DNA of 64,000 nt from Vicinamibacterales bacterium (GTDB lineage Bacteria; Acidobacteriota; Vicinamibacteria; Vicinamibacterales; UBA2999): NCBI GenBank assembly GCA_050250645.1, contig JBFWOG010000018.1, positions 138 to 64,137 of the forward strand, written 5' to 3'. Within the stretch, counting starts at the first letter, position 1. Each line of letters begins with the position of its first letter. A program made the position numbers and the translations under genes. Below, one piece after another: positions 55,672 to 64,000 of the stretch. The notes under the pieces were generated by a model, which was not told the origin of the DNA, ran no database searches, and worked only from the letters and a program-made list of their open reading frames with translations.

Positions 55672-56535
55672 TCAGCGACGGACCGCGACGAAGACGAGCT
55701 CGCCACGGGCGGCATCGACACCCACCGGGCCGAGCGCGGTCAGGGGCAGCAGGCCGTCATGGCCGCTCCTCACCCGGCCGGGCAGCAGCACCGCCGGCAG
55801 CCGCGGCCACCGCGCGGCGCCGATCGCAAGATCCCGAAGGATGCCCACGCGCGACCCGCGCCGGCCGTCCGCCGTGCCGGCGGCGCGGCGCGCGCCCGCG
55901 TCCTCGGCCAGCGCCGCCGCCTCGCCGAAGAGCGCGACCATCGACGCCCCGCTGTCGGCGAGCAGGATCAACGGCACGCCGCCGGGCCCGCCGGTCGTCA
56001 CGGACACCCGCATCCGGCCGAGCGGGTCCACCGAGAGGGGCACCCGCGCCCCGGCCAGGCGCGCCGAGAAGCCGGGCGCGGTCGAGGCCACGACCCGTAG
56101 GGCGGACGCGTCGATCAGCAGGCTGGCGCGGCGCAGCACGTCGGCGCCGAGGACGCCGTCGAGCGGGAGGCCCCCCGCGTCGATGGCGTCGAGGGGCGCG
56201 ACCACGACGGGCAGCCCCGTGACGGTCACCGGGCCGAACCGGAGCCGGCCAATCAGCGACTCCCCCGCCTCGCGGGTGCCCGCCGGGGTGACGACCCGCG
56301 CGCCCGCAGTCACCGCGAGACCGAGGCGGGCCGCCGCGGCCGGCGTCACCATCGTGCGCGTGCTGCCCGTGTCGAGGAGCAGGTGGAGCGGGCCGGCGGC
56401 ATTCACCTCCACCGGCACGGTCAGCAGCCCGCCAGGCAGCCGGGCCACCTCGATCGCCATCGTCCTGCCATCCGAGCCCCCTGCCGGCGCCGGCAGCATC
56501 GCCACCACGAGGATTGCTCCCACCAGTCGTCGCAT
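55672..56535 (-). CDS. Secreted two-domain retropepsin-like aspartyl protease
   Basis: LLLDTGS and LLADSGA catalytic motifs, with DGVLG and DGLLP closers; GGAGG RBS. Confidence 0.85.
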   Translation of the reverse strand: MRRLVGAILVVAMLPAPAGGSDGRTMAIEVARLPGGLLTVPVEVNAAGPLHLLLDTGSTRTMVTPAAAARLGLAVTAGARVVTPAGTREAGESLIGRLRFGPVTVTGLPVVVAPLDAIDAGGLPLDGVLGADVLRRASLLIDASALRVVASTAPGFSARLAGARVPLSVDPLGRMRVSVTTGGPGGVPLILLADSGASMVALFGEAAALAEDAGARRAAGTADGRRGSRVGILRDLAIGAARWPRLPAVLLPGRVRSGHDGLLPLTALGPVGVDAARGELVFVAVRR

Positions 56536-56708
56536 GGCCCCTCCCGAGGTCTGGCGACGACTGTGGGCGGGCGGGGATGTGGAAGTCCGGATGGGGGCGG
56601 CATGCGGACGCGCGGAGCGGCTGATGAAATCATGACGACCGCAACTCGCTGCAGCGCGGTGGTTTGGCCGGTGCCTCGGCGGTCCCTGGGTCGCGCATAA
56701 TAGCGGGC

Positions 56709-57890
56709 ATGCGGACGGCGGACGCGGTCATCATCGGCGGCGGGTGCATGGGGGCGAGCACCGCCTACCACCTGGCGCGGCGCGGGGTCACCAACCTGGT
56801 CCTGCTCGAGCGGGAGACGCAGCTGGCCACCGGCTCGACGGGCCGCAACGCCGGCGGCGTCCGGCACCAGTTCTCCCACCCGGCCAACATCGAGCTGTCG
56901 AAGGAGTCGATCGCCCTCTTCGGGCGCTTCGAGGAGGAGGTCGGCTCGCCCATCGACTTCTGGCAGGACGGCTACCTGTTCGTCCTGTCGCGGGAGGCGT
57001 CGGTGGACGCCTTCCGCGCGAACGTGGCGCTGCAGCGCGCGCACGGGGTCGACGTCGAGTGGCTCGACGCGGCCGGGGCGGCCCGTCGGGCCCCGGGGCT
57101 GTCGGTGGACGACGTCCTGGCCGCGACCTGGTGCGCCGCGGACGGCGTGGCCGACCCGAACGGCGTGACGATGGGGTTCGCCAGGGCGGCGCAGGCGGCG
57201 GGCGCGACGATCCTCCGCGAGACCGAGGCGACGGAGGTCCTCCATGCCAGCGGCCGGGTGACCGGCGTGCGCACGTCCCGCGGGGACATCGAGGCGCCGG
57301 TGGTCGTGAACGCGGCCGGCCCGTGGGCGGCCGGGGTCGGCGCGATGGCGGGCCTCGAGGTCCCGGTGTCACCGGAGCGGCGCCACATCTTCATCGCGCA
57401 GCCGCCGGGTGGCGGCTCGTGGGACGACCCGGGGCACGCGGGGCGCGCGCCGTCGACGCGCGTGCTCGTGATCGACTTCGACACGAGCTTCTACTTCCAC
57501 CGCGAGGGGACGGGGCTGCTCTTCGGGATGGGCGACCCGGACGAGCGCCCGGGCTTCGACACCACCGTCCGCTGGGACTTCCTGCCGCAGGTCACCGAGG
57601 TGGCGATGCGGCGGCTCCCGGCCCTGGCCGACGCGGCCATCTCGCGCGCGTGGGCGGGGCTGTACGAGATGACGCCCGACCACAACCCGATCATCGGGGA
57701 GTCGGACGTCCTCCGCGGCTTCTTCACGATTGCCGGCTTCAGCGGGCACGGCTTCCAGCACGCGCCCGCCGCGGGACGCATCCTCGCGGACCTCGTCACG
57801 GGGCGCGACCCCGCGTTCGACCTCGCGCCGTTCCGCCCGGACCGCTTCGCGCGGGGCGGCGGCGGGGCCGGCGAGGGCAACGTCGTCTAG
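56709..57890 (+). CDS. FAD-dependent oxidoreductase, DAO / sarcosine-oxidase-beta family
   Basis: VIIGGGCMG, GSTGRNAGG, VVNAAGPW, WAGLYEMTPD..PIIG and GFSGHGFQHAP motifs. Confidence 0.93.
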   Translation: MRTADAVIIGGGCMGASTAYHLARRGVTNLVLLERETQLATGSTGRNAGGVRHQFSHPANIELSKESIALFGRFEEEVGSPIDFWQDGYLFVLSREASVDAFRANVALQRAHGVDVEWLDAAGAARRAPGLSVDDVLAATWCAADGVADPNGVTMGFARAAQAAGATILRETEATEVLHASGRVTGVRTSRGDIEAPVVVNAAGPWAAGVGAMAGLEVPVSPERRHIFIAQPPGGGSWDDPGHAGRAPSTRVLVIDFDTSFYFHREGTGLLFGMGDPDERPGFDTTVRWDFLPQVTEVAMRRLPALADAAISRAWAGLYEMTPDHNPIIGESDVLRGFFTIAGFSGHGFQHAPAAGRILADLVTGRDPAFDLAPFRPDRFARGGGGAGEGNVV

Positions 57891-57900
57891 CCGCCGGGCG

Positions 57901-58986
57901 CTAGAACACGCCGAGCTTCTTCAGGCGCGCCGTCGGGTTGAAGTTCAGCTGGATGTCCCACCGGCGCTGGTTCTCGATCGCGTAGTCGGTCGCGAACGCC
58001 TGGGTGCCGAAGAACGACAGCGACAGGTCCTGGGTCAGCGTGACGCTCACCTCGCCGTACGCGCGGGTGCCGTCGTCGTACTTGTCGCCGTTCAGGCCGC
58101 CGTAGTGGCGGTCGATGGACGTGACGCCGACGCCGACGCGCAGCCGTCCCTGGGGGCGGACCTCGGCCTCCACGTTGAAGCCCTGGGCGGTGTCGGGATC
58201 GACGCGCTCGTACGCCTCGAGCTGCAGCTCGAGCCGGCCGGGCGTGGGCAGCGAGAGGCTCACCGCCTGGCGCAGCGTGTCGCGGCCGTCCTCGTAGGTG
58301 TAGTCGCCGGAGATCTCGACGCGGGGGTGGAGGCGGGCGACGGCGGCGAGCTGGGCGAAGTTGAACTCGCCCAGGCGGTCGGCGCGCTTGAAGAAGTTGG
58401 GCTCGCGACGATCCCCGAGGTAGCCGGTGGTCAGGGCGACGGCGGTGACCGGCCCGCCCGGCCGGACGATGAGCCGTTCCCCGGCCATGTAGGTGTCGCT
58501 GTCCCAGGTCGTGATCTCGGTGCTCAGCCCGCGGTACATCCCGATGCCGCCGACCTGGATCTCGACCTGGTCGATGGGCCGCGCCTGCAGGAAGAGCTGC
58601 TCGACGTTGACCGTGCCGGCGAAGTTGCCGAGCCCGGCGCCGGTGTTGTTCCACCCGGACTGGATGCTCGACCCGCCGTAGGTCCCGACGTTGACGCTAT
58701 AGCGCCCGTCGGCGTCGAACAGCAGCCGGGCCCGGACCTGCGGCGACCACTGCAGGGAGCTGGAGTTGATCCGGCCGTCGGTGCCCCGGAACCAGCGGAA
58801 GCGCGACGAGATCTGCAACTGCTGCACGTCGAGCCAGCGGCGGATGGCGGGCGTCGGGGCCGGTGCGGCCTGGGCGGCCGGCGCCGGGCGCTCCTGCGCG
58901 TGGGTCGGCCAGGCGGCAAGACACAGGAAGAACGTGAATGCCAGCCGGGCAGCCCGATGGCGCGTCGTCGTCCGCGGAATGATCAT
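57901..58986 (-). CDS. Hypothetical outer-membrane beta-barrel protein
   Basis: Signal peptide; alternating aromatic/polar strands; C-terminal Phe. Alternative start at 58995. Confidence 0.65.
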   Translation of the reverse strand: MIIPRTTTRHRAARLAFTFFLCLAAWPTHAQERPAPAAQAAPAPTPAIRRWLDVQQLQISSRFRWFRGTDGRINSSSLQWSPQVRARLLFDADGRYSVNVGTYGGSSIQSGWNNTGAGLGNFAGTVNVEQLFLQARPIDQVEIQVGGIGMYRGLSTEITTWDSDTYMAGERLIVRPGGPVTAVALTTGYLGDRREPNFFKRADRLGEFNFAQLAAVARLHPRVEISGDYTYEDGRDTLRQAVSLSLPTPGRLELQLEAYERVDPDTAQGFNVEAEVRPQGRLRVGVGVTSIDRHYGGLNGDKYDDGTRAYGEVSVTLTQDLSLSFFGTQAFATDYAIENQRRWDIQLNFNPTARLKKLGVF

Positions 58987-59009
58987 GGGCGTCATTCTGC
59001 GGCCTGAAT

Positions 59010-59049
59010 GTTAGACCGACGTTACCTGCGCGTTACATCTAGGTTACAT
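59010..59049 (+). promoter_or_regulatory. Four GTTA(C) direct repeats at 11-bp period (OmpR/PhoB-family-type box)
   Basis: GTTAG 59010, GTTAC 59021, GTTAC 59032, GTTAC 59043; the last overlaps the -35 position of TATAAT 59065. Confidence 0.65.
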
Positions 59050-59077
59050 CCACGCCGCTGCTCCTATAATCGGCGCC

Positions 59078-59623
59078 ATGGCGTACATCCGCTACGCGGG
59101 CCGCGACGAGATCGACCCGGCCGACCGGGTCGACGACGACGACAACATCATCCGCATCCACGGGGTGCACGGCCGGACGCTGAGGCAGCACTACGACCTC
59201 TACGCGGAGCTGATGCGCGGCGCCGGTCCGCTCACGCGCGTGCAGCGGGAGATGATCGCCGTCTCGGTGTCGGTGGAGAACCGCTGTCACTATTGAATCG
59301 CGCACCACGGGGCGGGGCTCCGTCGAGCGCTCTCGGAGGCCGGGGTGGACCGCGAGGTCCGCGACCGGCTCGTCGCGGACCTGAAGACCGACTACCGGGC
59401 GGCCGGCCTCGCGCCGGCGGACCGCGCGATGCTCGACTACGCGGCGTGCCTGACGCGGACGCCGTGGGCGGTGACCGCGGCCACGGTGGACGCCCTGCGG
59501 GCGGCCGGCTTCGACGACCGGGGCATCCACGACATCTGCGCCATCACGGCGTACTACGCCTTCGTCAACCGCATCGCGGATGGGCTGGGCGTCGAGCTGG
59601 AGTCACCCGGCCGGGCCGGGTAG
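59078..59623 (+). CDS. AhpD/CMD-family peroxidase-related enzyme, probable selenoprotein (CxxU, UGA at 59294-59296)
   Basis: ORFs 59078-59296 and 59345-59623 are in one frame. Read-through gives QREMIAVSVSVENRCHY-U-IAHHGAGL..ML.YA..LTRTP..V....V..LR.AGF.D..I.D...I.AYYAFVNRIADGLG. SECIS-like hairpin downstream. Confidence 0.85.
59300..59330 (+). promoter_or_regulatory. Candidate bacterial SECIS stem-loop
   Basis: Upper stem ACGGGGC/GCUCCGU (59307-13 / 59317-23) with a GGG loop 17 nt after UGA; lower stem GCGC/GCGC (59300-03 / 59327-30). Confidence 0.65.
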
Positions 59624-59739
59624 CGCGCCCGCGCGGCCGCCGGGCCGCCGTTGCGCCCGCCTCCAGCCCCCCACTACTATAGGTGTCCGTTGTTGGACCG
59701 CGCCCTCCCGTGGCCCGGCCATTCCCCGAAGGACGGCTC

Positions 59740-62700
59740 ATGCGTACTTCCAGAACACTTCGCGGCCTCGCGGCCGGCGCCCTGCTCGGCGCCCTCGTGC
59801 TCGCCGGCGCCCCGGCGGACCGTTCCCTCGTCCGCGCGCAGGGCGACCCCAACGTCATCGTGCCGCCGCAGGCGTACCAGGACCTCCGGTGGCGCAGCGT
59901 GGGCGCGTCGCGCGGCGGCCGCGTCACCGCCTACGCGGGCGTGCGCCAGCAGCCCCATACCTTCTACATGGGCGCCACCGGCGGCGGCGTGTGGAAGACC
60001 GAGGACGCGGGCATCACGTGGGTGCCGATCGCGGACGGGCAGATCGAGACCGGCTCGATCGGGTCGATCGACGTCGCGCCGTCGAACCCCGACCTCGTCT
60101 GGGTCGGGACGGGCTCGGCGGCCATCCGGTCGAACGTGATCATCGGCCGCGGCGCGTACAAGTCGACCGACGCGGGCGCGACCTGGCAGTTCATGGGGCT
60201 GCGCGACGCCGGGCAGCTCGCCGGCCTCCGCATCCACCCGACCAACCCCGACGTGGTGTGGGTGGCCGCCATGGGCTCGCCGTACGGGCCGACGGCGGAC
60301 CGCGGCGTCTACAAGACGAGCGACGGCGGCAAGACGTGGAAGAAGACGCTGTACATCGACCCGGAGTACGGCGCGCGTGACATCGAGGTCGACTGGCGGA
60401 ACCCGGACGTGCTCTACGCGGCGATGTACCGGGGCTTCCGCAAGGGCTGGGACATCATCAGCGGCGGGCCGGCCGACAAGGGCGGCATCTACAAGTCGAC
60501 CGACGGCGGCGAGACCTGGACGAAGCTCTCGGCGGGGCTGCCGCAGGACCTGATCGGCAAGATCGACCTCGACATCGCGCGCAGCAACCCGAGCGTCGTC
60601 TACGCGATGCTCGAGGCGCCGGGCGCCGAGGGCGGGCTCTACCGGTCGAACGACGCCGGCGCGACGTGGACCCTGGTCAACAACTCCCAGCGCCTGCGCG
60701 CGCGGCCCTTCTACTTCAACTACGTGAGCGTGAACCCGAAGAACGAGAACGAGGTCTACGTCTCGGAGCTCGGCTTCCACAAGTCCACCGACGGCGGGAA
60801 GACCTTCACCTCCATCCCGACCCCGCACGGCGACAACCACGGCGTCTGGATCAACCCCGACCAGCCCGAGATCATGCTCGAGGTCAACGACGGCGGCGCC
60901 AACGTCACGCTGAACGGCGGCCGCAGCTGGTCGTCGATCCTCAACCAGCCGACCGCCGAGTACTACATGGTCTCGGTGGACGAGCAGTACCCCTACCGGA
61001 TGTACGTCCCGCAGCAGGACAACACGACCCTGATCATCCCGAGCCGTCCCCCCGCGTCGTGGCGCATCGACCACCCGGCGGAGCTCTGGCAGCAGGGCCC
61101 GGGGTGCGAGACGGGCCAGATCTGGGCGCGCCGGGACGGCAAGACCGTCTGGGGCGCGTGCAAGGGCGAGGTCGGGCGCTACAGCGTCGAGACCGGCCAG
61201 GAGAAGATGTACTGGGTCTATCCCCAGAACCGCTACGGCCACGCGCCCGACGAGATCGCCTACCGCTTCCCGCGCCAGACCGTCGTCTCCATCTCGCCCC
61301 ATGACGAGCGCGTGGTCTACCAGGCCTCGCACGTGCTGCACCGCTCGACCGACGAGGGCGTCACCTGGGAGACGATCAGCCCGGACCTGACGGCCCACGA
61401 GCCGGAGTTCCAGATCATCCCCGGCAACCCCATCACGCGCGACATCACGGGCGAGGAGGTCTACTCCTCGATCTACGCGATGGTGGAGTCGCGGCTCGAG
61501 AAGGGCGTCATCTGGGTCGGCGCCAACGACGGCCCCGTCCACGTCTCGCGCGACAACGGCAAGACCTGGAAGAACGTGACGCCGCCCATGCCGCCCGGCG
61601 GGCGCATCCAGACGATCGAGGACTCGCCGCACCACGCCGGCACCGCGTTCGTCGCCGCGTACCGCATGATGCGTGAGCACGACCTCGCGCCGTACCTCTT
61701 CAAGACCGAGGACTACGGCGCGACCTGGACGCGGCTCACCGACGGCAGGAACGGGATCCCGGCCGACTCCCCCGTCCGCGTGGTCCGCGAGGACCCCGCG
61801 CGGGAAGGCCTCCTCTACGCGGGCACCGAGTTCGGCATCTACGTCTCGTTCAACGGCGGGGCGAACTGGCAGCCGCTGCAGCAGAACCTGCCCGCCACGC
61901 CCGTCACCGACATCCGCGTCCACCGGAACGACCTCGTCATCTCGACGATGGGCCGCTCGCTGTGGATCATGGACGACATCACGCCGCTCCAGCAGCTCGC
62001 CGCGATGCGCGCCCAGCCGAGCGCCGCCGCCGGCGCGCCGGCCCTGGCCGACGCCGGCCAGATGGCCGGGGGCCGCGGCGCGATGCCGACCGTCCACCTG
62101 TTCCAGCCCGGCGGCGTCATCCGCTACCGCTCGCCCGCCTCGCCGCCCGACCCGGTCGAGCCCGAGTACCCGGTGACGGGCGCCCACTTCGACGTGTGGT
62201 TCGACGGCCCGCCGCCGGCCGACGCGAAGCTCGAGGTGAAGGACGCGGCGGGCAACGTCATCCGCACGTTCACCGTCGCCCAGCCCGGCCGCGCCGGCGC
62301 GGCGGCGTCCCAGAACCCGTTCCGCCGGATGGGGGGCGACAGCGCGATCGAGCCGAAGGCCGGCATGCAGCGCTTCACCTGGGACCTCCGCCACCCCGGC
62401 TCCTGGGCGCCCAACGCGCCCAACGGCGGCCCCGGGGGCCCGCTCGTCGCGCCGGGCCGCTTCACCGTGACGCTGACCGCCGGCGGGGCGTCGGAGTCGA
62501 AGACCTTCGACGTCCAGGCGGACCCGCGCGTGCTCGACGACGGCGTCAGCCTCGCCGACCTGAAGGAGCAGGAGCAGTTCCAGCTCCGGCTGCGCGACAC
62601 CATCAGCGAGGCCCGGCGCTTCGCGCAGGCGGTGAGCCAGGCGATGCGCAAGGCGGGTGTCGAGCCGCCCCCGCCCGCGCCACCGGGCGCCCGCCCGATG

Positions 62701-62925
62701 GACACGAAGTTCGAGGATCCGCTGCAGCGTCTCTGGGCCGAGCTGAACGAGGCGGAGGGCCCGTACCCGCAGCCGATGCTGATCAACCAGTTGAACAACA
62801 TCAACCGGATGGTCGGCCAGGCCGACCAGAAGCTCGGCAAGGACGCCTTCGACCGCTACGAGGACCTGCTGAAGAAGTTCGAGGAGCTCCAGAAGGAGTT
62901 CGCGAAGATCACCGGCACCACCTAG
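59740..62925 (+). CDS. Large secreted BNR/Asp-box (VPS10/sortilin-like beta-propeller) glycosyl-hydrolase-like protein
   Basis: Repeated S/T-x-D-G-G-x-T-W Asp boxes (KSTDAGATW, KTSDGGKTW, KSTDGGETW, RSNDAGATW ...); WRSVG..RGGR, HGDNH and NLPATPV.D motifs. Confidence 0.9.
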   Translation: MRTSRTLRGLAAGALLGALVLAGAPADRSLVRAQGDPNVIVPPQAYQDLRWRSVGASRGGRVTAYAGVRQQPHTFYMGATGGGVWKTEDAGITWVPIADGQIETGSIGSIDVAPSNPDLVWVGTGSAAIRSNVIIGRGAYKSTDAGATWQFMGLRDAGQLAGLRIHPTNPDVVWVAAMGSPYGPTADRGVYKTSDGGKTWKKTLYIDPEYGARDIEVDWRNPDVLYAAMYRGFRKGWDIISGGPADKGGIYKSTDGGETWTKLSAGLPQDLIGKIDLDIARSNPSVVYAMLEAPGAEGGLYRSNDAGATWTLVNNSQRLRARPFYFNYVSVNPKNENEVYVSELGFHKSTDGGKTFTSIPTPHGDNHGVWINPDQPEIMLEVNDGGANVTLNGGRSWSSILNQPTAEYYMVSVDEQYPYRMYVPQQDNTTLIIPSRPPASWRIDHPAELWQQGPGCETGQIWARRDGKTVWGACKGEVGRYSVETGQEKMYWVYPQNRYGHAPDEIAYRFPRQTVVSISPHDERVVYQASHVLHRSTDEGVTWETISPDLTAHEPEFQIIPGNPITRDITGEEVYSSIYAMVESRLEKGVIWVGANDGPVHVSRDNGKTWKNVTPPMPPGGRIQTIEDSPHHAGTAFVAAYRMMREHDLAPYLFKTEDYGATWTRLTDGRNGIPADSPVRVVREDPAREGLLYAGTEFGIYVSFNGGANWQPLQQNLPATPVTDIRVHRNDLVISTMGRSLWIMDDITPLQQLAAMRAQPSAAAGAPALADAGQMAGGRGAMPTVHLFQPGGVIRYRSPASPPDPVEPEYPVTGAHFDVWFDGPPPADAKLEVKDAAGNVIRTFTVAQPGRAGAAASQNPFRRMGGDSAIEPKAGMQRFTWDLRHPGSWAPNAPNGGPGGPLVAPGRFTVTLTAGGASESKTFDVQADPRVLDDGVSLADLKEQEQFQLRLRDTISEARRFAQAVSQAMRKAGVEPPPPAPPGARPMDTKFEDPLQRLWAELNEAEGPYPQPMLINQLNNINRMVGQADQKLGKDAFDRYEDLLKKFEELQKEFAKITGTT

Positions 62926-62932
62926 GCCCGCC

Positions 62933-62964
62933 GGGCGGGAGCGCCGTCGCCGGCGCTCCCGCCC
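62933..62964. terminator. Perfect 13-bp GC hairpin between convergent genes
   Basis: GGGCGGGAGCGCC gtcgcc GGCGCTCCCGCCC; no U tract. Confidence 0.5.
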
Positions 62965-62971
62965 CGGCCCC

Positions 62972-63763
62972 TCAACGCGAGCGGGCCACGACCACGCCGA
63001 CGCTGACGGTCCAGTCAGGCGCCGCGCCACTCACGCCCCGCCCAAGCCCCGCATCCACCTGCAACCAGCGCCGGCTCCGCCCCGCGACGCCCGCGCCGAC
63101 GCTCGTCGCGGGGCCCGCGCCGGGGCCGCCCTGGACGACGACCTCCCCGTACGCCGACCACGGCCCCCCGCCGAGGGCCCGCGACACGGCGGCGCCGCCA
63201 CCGTAGTCGGCATGCCGCGCGCCGTCGCGGGTGACCGCGCCGGCCCGCGCCATCGCCGACAGGTCGACGCCGAGCGGAAGCCGCCGCGCGACGGCGGCCG
63301 TCAGCGCGGGGTCGAGGCCGCCACTCGAGGCGGGCCTCGTGCCCGAGGGCAGCGACAGCGTGGCGACGAGGCCCGCGTCCACGGCGTGCCGGCGCCCGTC
63401 GGCGATCAGCCACTTGACGCCGACCGCGGCGTCGCCGAGCGCGCCGCCCCCGCCGGAACCGGACCGCGACCGCACGCGCTGGTGGACCAGTCCCACGCCC
63501 GCGAGGCGCAGCTCCAGGCGCGGCGACAGCCCGATGCGGACGACCGCGCCGGGAAACGTCTGGGTCAGGCTGCGGACATCACCCGACCGGTCGTGGGCGA
63601 GGCCGTAGCCGAGTTCGGCCTGGACCGCCCCCGCCGGCACGATGCCCGCTGCCTCGATGGCGCCGGGGCGGCCCGGCACCATCCCGGGAGCGTCCGCGCC
63701 GGCCGCCGGCGCCTGCGCGGCAGCGGTGGTCGCGGCGAGCAGCACGATGAGGAGCGCGCGCAT
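62972..63763 (-). CDS. Outer-membrane beta-barrel, Phenol_MetA_deg / 'transporter' family-like
   Basis: Signal peptide; VQAELGY, RIGLS.RLELR, GLGD..VGVK-like motif, WLQVDAGLG.G....APDW.VSVG. Confidence 0.7.
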   Translation of the reverse strand: MRALLIVLLAATTAAAQAPAAGADAPGMVPGRPGAIEAAGIVPAGAVQAELGYGLAHDRSGDVRSLTQTFPGAVVRIGLSPRLELRLAGVGLVHQRVRSRSGSGGGGALGDAAVGVKWLIADGRRHAVDAGLVATLSLPSGTRPASSGGLDPALTAAVARRLPLGVDLSAMARAGAVTRDGARHADYGGGAAVSRALGGGPWSAYGEVVVQGGPGAGPATSVGAGVAGRSRRWLQVDAGLGRGVSGAAPDWTVSVGVVVARSR

Positions 63764-63773
63764 CGCGGCCACC

Positions 63774-64000
63774 TCAGAACGCCCCGAACGTGCCGGTCGC
63801 CTGCGGCTCGTCATCGAGCGGGATGACGGGCGCCTTCGGCGGGGCGGAGACGAGGGTGAGCCGGGCGGTCTTGCGCGCCGCCGGGGCGCCGGCGCGCGCG
63901 GCCGCCGCGCCGCCGATGAGGGCCTCGAGGCCGCGCACGACCTGCATGGACGTCTCGGCCTGCGCGTTGAGCTCCTCGCTGGCGGCCGCGCTCTCCTCGG
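63774..64000 (-). CDS. C-terminal end of a methyl-accepting chemotaxis protein (partial)
   Basis: My translation: EESAAASEELNAQAETSMQVVRGLEALIGG..DDEPQATGTFGAF*, i.e. a methylation helix, a flexible tail and an xFxxF pentapeptide. Confidence 0.85.
   Translation of the reverse strand, partial: EESAAASEELNAQAETSMQVVRGLEALIGGAAAARAGAPAARKTARLTLVSAPPKAPVIPLDDEPQATGTFGAF

Noticed and set aside
59345-59623. Separate 92-aa gene, or a split pseudogene
   Set aside because: It is in frame with the upstream half, the TGA sits exactly at the catalytic Cys position, and a SECIS-like stem follows. Read-through is the more economical explanation; a pseudogene remains the fallback if sel genes are absent.
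1-64000. tRNA/rRNA genes, riboswitches, IS elements, integrases, prophage or defence genes
   Set aside because: By eye I saw no cloverleaf/T-loop pattern, known aptamer consensus, DDE/tyrosine-recombinase motif or phage gene. An Infernal/tRNAscan run would be needed to exclude small RNAs.

Overview
Very GC-rich bacterial chromosomal window. It is most likely Acidobacteriota (Vicinamibacteria-like); this is inferred from three orphan duplicated MacB/FtsX-type (ADOP) permeases, DUF5916 and BNR/VPS10-type secreted proteins, and the gene mix. It holds about 50 real CDSs; most long ORFs in the six-frame track are GC shadows. Housekeeping genes: icd (partial), gluQ, glnS, ybaK, map, corA, trxC, Leu/Val dehydrogenase, M1 aminopeptidase and a PLP aminotransferase. 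There are also two Tat-exported molybdoenzymes, several amidohydrolases, redox genes and many signalling proteins. I found no tRNA/rRNA, CRISPR array, transposase or integrase. Main observations: (1) an AhpD/CMD peroxidase that the ORF caller split in two is probably one selenoprotein (C-H-Y-UGA followed by a SECIS-like hairpin), and its divergent promoter region carries four GTTA boxes at exact 11-bp spacing; (2) nine arrays (about 80 units) of a frame-preserving 9-bp repeat superfamily (GGTKCSNNN) are all G-rich on the + strand, some form canonical G-quadruplex motifs, and some have entered gene 3' ends; (3) a membrane PAS hybrid pseudokinase has His->Gln and an eroded ATPase lid but an intact receiver; (4) a five-gene signalling cluster contains a tandem dead/live DHp kinase, a Cys-rich PAS-only protein and a small unknown Cys protein behind a palindromic operator; (5) many genes have leaderless-type promoters. 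All calls come from reading the sequence by eye; no database searches were run.
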